From positions 1 to 64,000 of IMG/VR virus record IMGVR_UViG_3300001525_000609: DNA of 64,000 bases; one strand, given 5' to 3'. A model generated the notes under the pieces. The model was not told the origin of the DNA. It worked only from the letters and a program-made list of their open reading frames with translations, and made no database searches. Positions 59,296 to 64,000 of this stretch are shown in pieces. Within the stretch, counting starts at the first letter, position 1, and each line of letters starts with the position of its first letter. Source of the DNA: a virus. Lineage: Duplodnaviria; Caudoviricetes. A program made the position numbers and the translations under genes.

Positions 59296-60664
59296 AGTAT
59301 TGGCTGAGCATCAGGTCCTTGCATTGGAGGTCATGAACGCCAACCCCTCTCTCGGCATATTCTATGCCGCAGGGTGCGGGAAGACGATCATCGCGATCAC
59401 TTGGATCCGTGATGCCATCCAAGCAGGCATGATCGAGAGCGCATTGGTGATCTGCCCCAAATCCCTTATAGGAAGCTGGGAGCGTTCTATCGATGATGCG
59501 TCGTCCTTTGATCACATCTCCGCTGACGATGTGAAGATGCTGAAATCTCGTATCACCATCCGTTCGTTCCAGAAGATATACAAGTCAGAGAAGGTGCCTG
59601 TGAAGGACCGTAAGGGGTTCGTCAGATACAAGAAGCGCATATCGCTCCGCGAGGATGTAGACCGTCATTGGGGCGCAGTCTTTGTGGATGAATCGCATTG
59701 CATCGGGTCGCATAGTTCAATCCAGACTAAAGCCTGTATCGTGCTGGCCAAGCTTGCCAAGTATCGCTACATCATGTCGGGAACTCCTGTATCAGGAGGA
59801 AAGGGCAAAGAGGACTATCAGAAGCTCTATGGGCAGATGCGCTTCCTTCATCCTGAGATGTGGCCTACTTGGAAGGAGTTCTGCGAGGCATGCGTTAGAG
59901 GATACGATCGTTGGGGCAAACCTGTATCTTATAATCGTCCTTATTGCGAGAAGATATTGCGCGAGAATGCGATCGTGGCAAGGCTGGAAGACTGCTACGA
60001 TATGCCCGAACAGATCGAAGTGCCTGTGCCGTGCGAACTGCTGGAGAAGAAGGCATATTCGGATATCAAGAAGGGCAACATCCTTCCATATGGTCTCGAT
60101 TTGGAATCTGCGGGATCGCAATACATCAAGCTCTTGCAGATATGTTCCGGCTCGCTTAAGCGCGATGATGGGTCTGTGATGCAGATGAAGTGCTCTAAAG
60201 ACGATGTGTTCCGGGAGATCATTACAGGCACGGATGATAAGGTAGTGGTGTTCTGCCTTTATAGAGCGTCGATAGATCGCTGCGCAGCTATCGGAAGAGA
60301 GGAGGGCCGTAACGTGGTCATCTTCGACGGGCGCTCGAAAGGCAACGAGGATGACGAGTTCCAGACTGGCGATGCGGACATGATCGTTGCGCAATACAGT
60401 GTCGGAGGTCCGGGAGTGAATCTCTATGCATCGCATACGATGGTGATGTTCGAGCCGTGCCTTTCCGCACTGATGCTGGACCAGTCCATGCACCGTATCT
60501 TTCGCAAGGGTCAGGAGCACGCATGTCGCTATATGATGCTGTATACGCCGCATACGTATGAAGACATGGCGTGGGCCACAGTCAAATCTGGCAAGGATGT
60601 GACTGCGGACCTCATGTACAGGTGGTCTCAGGGACTGGACATCCCTGACTTCACGTTTGGATGA
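59273..60664 (+). CDS. SNF2-like superfamily 2 helicase
   Basis: GCGKT, ALVICPKS, DESH, MSGTP, motif VI QSMHRIFRKGQ. The start may lie a few codons downstream. Confidence 0.9.
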   Translation: MWGVWLAKVLAEHQVLALEVMNANPSLGIFYAAGCGKTIIAITWIRDAIQAGMIESALVICPKSLIGSWERSIDDASSFDHISADDVKMLKSRITIRSFQKIYKSEKVPVKDRKGFVRYKKRISLREDVDRHWGAVFVDESHCIGSHSSIQTKACIVLAKLAKYRYIMSGTPVSGGKGKEDYQKLYGQMRFLHPEMWPTWKEFCEACVRGYDRWGKPVSYNRPYCEKILRENAIVARLEDCYDMPEQIEVPVPCELLEKKAYSDIKKGNILPYGLDLESAGSQYIKLLQICSGSLKRDDGSVMQMKCSKDDVFREIITGTDDKVVVFCLYRASIDRCAAIGREEGRNVVIFDGRSKGNEDDEFQTGDADMIVAQYSVGGPGVNLYASHTMVMFEPCLSALMLDQSMHRIFRKGQEHACRYMMLYTPHTYEDMAWATVKSGKDVTADLMYRWSQGLDIPDFTFG

Positions 60665-60769
60665 ATACGCATTAAACTTTTTACCTTTCATACATTTTTC
60701 ATACATCAGATATTATTAAATACTACATAATCTATGTAGATATCGTGCTTGAAAGCACAGGAGCGGAAT

Positions 60770-61687
60770 ATGACTGAAAACAAAACGGAAGATAAGCTGA
60801 CTCAGGAAGCGCAGTTCTATCACAAGCTGTCTGAGCTGAGGAAGCTGATCCTGTCTAAGGATTGGAAGGACGATCACTTCATCCCCATTGGGGGGAAGAA
60901 TGTCGGATTCGTGTCCTCGGACAAGGTGAAGAAGACCATTGCGCCGCTGATCGCTCAGGCTGGTCTTGAACTTGTATCGCAGTTCAGCGATCTGACCTTT
61001 GTCGGTCAATCCCCTGGACAGACACATGCGGTCGTCAAGTTCACAGCCAAGCTGATCGACGTCGATACCGGATATTGCGGAAGCGAAGCATGCGCATATG
61101 GTGCAGGCACGGATTCCGGAGACAAGGCGGTTGGAAAGGCGCAGACGTATGCGCTGAAATACTGGATCATGTCGCAATTCATGATCACAGATGGCGTCGA
61201 TCCCGATGCGGTGTATGATACTGCCCCCTTGTTCTATCGCAAGAATCCTGAGGAGCAGGAAGAGATAACGTCCAAGGTGCTCAGCAAGGGTGTAGCAGTT
61301 CCTGATAAGTCTGCGAAGGTCGCCGAGAAGCCGAGAGATGTTGTCAGCCCTAAGGTTGAAAATGTCTCTGAGCCTAAAGCTGAGACTGTAAAAGAAGGGG
61401 CTGCAAAGGCTGAGAACGCGCCTAAGGCTGTCGAAGCACCCAAGGTGGCAGAAGCTCACGCGAAAGCTCCTGAAGGGCCTGCAGATGCCCCTGTAAGCAA
61501 ATTCACACCGCCTAAGCCGCAGGCTGAAGCGATCAACCGTATCGTGAAGATATGGACTCAGCGTGCGAAGGACGGGCTGGTAGAGGTGGAGGATTACAAC
61601 AGGATGTCTATGGACAAGGCAACCATCGCTTCTATGGAGGATGTTGTGAAATTCATCGCCAAATACAGAGTGACTGGAGGTGCTTGA
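60770..61687 (+). CDS. ERF-family single-strand annealing protein
   Basis: GKAQTYALKY...FMITDGVDPD ERF motif, Ala/Pro/Lys/Glu linker and a small C-terminal domain. Confidence 0.85.
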   Translation: MTENKTEDKLTQEAQFYHKLSELRKLILSKDWKDDHFIPIGGKNVGFVSSDKVKKTIAPLIAQAGLELVSQFSDLTFVGQSPGQTHAVVKFTAKLIDVDTGYCGSEACAYGAGTDSGDKAVGKAQTYALKYWIMSQFMITDGVDPDAVYDTAPLFYRKNPEEQEEITSKVLSKGVAVPDKSAKVAEKPRDVVSPKVENVSEPKAETVKEGAAKAENAPKAVEAPKVAEAHAKAPEGPADAPVSKFTPPKPQAEAINRIVKIWTQRAKDGLVEVEDYNRMSMDKATIASMEDVVKFIAKYRVTGGA

Positions 61688-62759
61688 TATGGCAGGCACG
61701 CGCTACGCGCCGCCTGAAGTGCCATTCCGCATGGAAGGGGGCCACGTCGTCTCCGAAGGTGATGTGAAGGGGCACATATCAGGCACTATGGTCGCAGGGA
61801 TCATCGGATTGTCGCCCTGGTCGACCCCCTTCCAGGTCGCATGCGACCTGTTGGGGGTGGCTACAAAGGATATCTCAGACAGCCCTGCCGTCAAAGCAGG
61901 ACAAGCGCTCGAATCAGTGGTCATAGATTACATGCAGAACCTCTATTCAGATAGCATAGGGTCGTTCGTCCCCGCAGAGGAGCTATACCCGAAGCGTGCC
62001 GGCAAGCACGCAGACTGGCCCTCCGATTTCGATGACGAGATCTTTGCAGGGCATGTGGACGGCATCGTGATGGCCTACGACGGGAATCAGTACATCCTCG
62101 AAGTCAAGACATCCTCCAATATGGAGTCTTGGGAGCATGGCGTCCCGTCATACTACTATTGGCAGGTGGCCCTGTACAATCACTTCATGACCAAGCAGGA
62201 CAAGGCGTATGTCGCACTCGGAGTGATGAATCCTCGTGCGCTCAAAGACCCGACCACGTGGGTCCCGTCCAAGGACAACGCGGCTCTCTTCGAGATGCCT
62301 ATCGACCAGAAAGGAGTCGAGGTAGTGCTGGAGGAGCTTCGCATATGGTACAACAAGTATATCGCTAACGGGATAACTCCCGACTATGACCCCAACAACC
62401 CTCGGGATGTGGAACTCTATAAGCACCTGTGCAATCTCACTTGCGAAGCGAGCGGGGTGCAGGACAAGGTGGCCCAGCTGTACAAGGTCAGGCTGCAGAT
62501 CTCTGGGCACGAGTCTGAGATCGCAGAGCTGTATGCCGAGCGTGACGAGTTGACGGCACAGATCAAGGACTACATGTCTTGTCATGAGATGGATCGTATC
62601 GATTCGTCTAATGGAGATGTGTATGTCTCCTTGCAGACTTCCCGCAGGAGCAAGATCGACCCCGAGCTGATGAAGAAAGACGGGTTGAATCCCGATAAAT
62701 ACACCGTAGAAACCGAAGTCAAAACATTTACAGTCAAGATGAACAAAGAGGTAGAGTGA
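61680..62759 (+). CDS. YqaJ/lambda-exonuclease family recombination nuclease
   Basis: ISGTMVAGIIGLSPWSTP, GQALE, HVDG, LEVKTS, YYWQVALY. Confidence 0.9.
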   Translation: MLDMAGTRYAPPEVPFRMEGGHVVSEGDVKGHISGTMVAGIIGLSPWSTPFQVACDLLGVATKDISDSPAVKAGQALESVVIDYMQNLYSDSIGSFVPAEELYPKRAGKHADWPSDFDDEIFAGHVDGIVMAYDGNQYILEVKTSSNMESWEHGVPSYYYWQVALYNHFMTKQDKAYVALGVMNPRALKDPTTWVPSKDNAALFEMPIDQKGVEVVLEELRIWYNKYIANGITPDYDPNNPRDVELYKHLCNLTCEASGVQDKVAQLYKVRLQISGHESEIAELYAERDELTAQIKDYMSCHEMDRIDSSNGDVYVSLQTSRRSKIDPELMKKDGLNPDKYTVETEVKTFTVKMNKEVE

Positions 62760-62760
62760 A

Positions 62761-63216
62761 ATGGTAAAGATAACAGAGTGGGAATTCAGCAACGAAGAGG
62801 ACCAGTCCTACATACCCCCTGAGGAGGGGTATAGGCACCTCTTGATCAAGGGCGCCAGCCTTGACGAGGAGAACCTCGTCTACCGCGTCGAGTTCCAGGA
62901 CCTTCAGAACGAGGCCGAGTTCAGCATCCGCTATTGGATGAACAAGCTCAACGATTCGAACGTCTATGTCCCCGACAGGAGCCAGAGGGGGACACTGGTC
63001 ACGCTCGGTCACGCTGTCCTCGGGACAGAGAAGGGCATCCCCTTCCCCGAGGATATCATCGGAGGAGTGGTGGCTGCGAACCTCATGCTCAAGGCATCCA
63101 CGAAGAACCCTGACAAGTTCTACCCCAGGATATACAAGTACCTGCCCGTTACTGCGGAGTGGGCCTGCCTGGGGTCCATAGACCAGTTCACTGTCGACTC
63201 GGAGGAGGCGTTCTGA
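62761..63216 (+). CDS. Putative single-stranded DNA-binding protein (DUF669-like)
   Basis: Position after ERF/YqaJ; PPEEGY N-terminus and acidic/aromatic C-terminus (EEAF). Confidence 0.55.
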   Translation: MVKITEWEFSNEEDQSYIPPEEGYRHLLIKGASLDEENLVYRVEFQDLQNEAEFSIRYWMNKLNDSNVYVPDRSQRGTLVTLGHAVLGTEKGIPFPEDIIGGVVAANLMLKASTKNPDKFYPRIYKYLPVTAEWACLGSIDQFTVDSEEAF

Positions 63217-63259
63217 ACAATCGAGGGGCACATGCCCCTCCCCTTAATGATGTGAGAAT

Positions 63260-63694
63260 ATGAATGAACGTGATGTGTGGGATTATGCAGTGACGTCCAA
63301 ACTGATCGCATTGAGCAATACGGCCATGGGTGTGACCATCAACTCTTTTGCGTTCGGACGTTTAGCAGTCGGAGATATCGTGTATATGGAGCTGACTTCT
63401 ATTAAATATCCTGCCATGGTCATGCGCGCGGTCAGACAGATTGCCAAACGCTCTCGCACAATGGTGCTAGCTGTGCCTACTGCATGGGGATTCAAACTAG
63501 GGGATGTGGTATCGATCAGGATGTGCGTCATTGGAGCAAAATCGGAGCAGCTGAGAGCTACCATGGCAGAGCTGGCGCCTAAGTCATTGGCTGATTTGGA
63601 TGGCACTCCTTTGGCGAGTAACGATGATCCCGATCAGGATATCGAGTGTGAAAGCAATGCCCTCAATGCCGGAAGCTGCCTTAAAATCAGATAA
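63260..63694 (+). CDS. Double AbrB-like domain protein
   Basis: Two hairpin units ending LAVGDIVYMEL and GFKLGDVVSIRM. Confidence 0.5.
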   Translation: MNERDVWDYAVTSKLIALSNTAMGVTINSFAFGRLAVGDIVYMELTSIKYPAMVMRAVRQIAKRSRTMVLAVPTAWGFKLGDVVSIRMCVIGAKSEQLRATMAELAPKSLADLDGTPLASNDDPDQDIECESNALNAGSCLKIR

Positions 63695-63956
63695 GATCAA
63701 AACATATCTGAAGTCGATACCGTGCCTGTTTCTGCACTCTGTGCCTGGAGGAGCGTTCGGTAAATGCGGAGTTCCAGACATTATTGTGTGCTATAAAGGC
63801 AAGTATATCGGGATCGAGGCCAAGACCTATGAAGGGTGTCAATCCGAGATACAGAAGACACGCCAATTCCAGATAGAGCAGGCAGGCGGGATCTACATCC
63901 TTGCAAGATGTGTAGAGGATGTGCAGGCTGTCATAGAGCCTATGAGAAACCAATGA
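63666..63956 (+). CDS. VRR-NUC domain nuclease (Holliday-junction resolvase-like)
   Basis: GVPDII...IGIEAK...QSEIQ...GGIY (PD-(D/E)XK fold). Confidence 0.9.
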   Translation: MPEAALKSDKIKTYLKSIPCLFLHSVPGGAFGKCGVPDIIVCYKGKYIGIEAKTYEGCQSEIQKTRQFQIEQAGGIYILARCVEDVQAVIEPMRNQ

Positions 63957-64000
63957 TGGGGTCATCCCCATCTATTTTTATTTAGAACTGCTTTATGAGC

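Overview
The window is most of the genome of a tailed archaeal virus or provirus (Caudoviricetes, HK97-type head module). The host is probably in the Methanomassiliicoccales. This is inferred from an archaeal-type tRNA-Gln with an A1-U72 pair, a PCNA sliding clamp, GAGGTG/GGAGG ribosome-binding sites and an adhesin-like protein with InlB B-repeats and a ...EDADA signal peptide. Left to right: (1) a diversity-generating retroelement (3' end of the target gene with VR, hairpins, TR, RT, tail-fibre chaperone); (2) putative head-internal proteins, an adhesin, terminase, portal, prohead protease, scaffold and major capsid; (3) a long leftward arm (19.1-45.9 kb) of short, translationally coupled accessory genes (HNH, dUTPase, a C5-MTase homologue lacking its catalytic Cys, tRNA-Gln, DUF2829/Tad2-like repeats, ThyX, a nucleotidyltransferase, a MoxR AAA/VWA pair); (4) a rightward arm with PCNA, a 1575-aa repeat protein, a beta-helix protein, ParB-MTase, VirE-type helicase, SNF2 helicase, ERF, YqaJ exonuclease, SSB and VRR-NUC. 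The headline observation is that TAG appears to be a sense codon. The DGR RT has an in-frame TAG at codon 41, downstream of a conserved KRIGN N-terminus. The only two genes I found that end in TAG both read through to a TGA that overlaps the next ATG exactly. This fits pyrrolysine recoding and could make receptor diversification depend on host amber decoding. Other leads: a bipartite motif shared by head proteins (capsid targeting plus protease cleavage), a duplicated AT-rich iteron element, and an interlocking hairpin cluster at the strand switch. No tail tube or tape-measure genes, integrase, DNA polymerase, pyl genes or CRISPR array were recognised. All family calls come from motifs read by eye, not from database searches.
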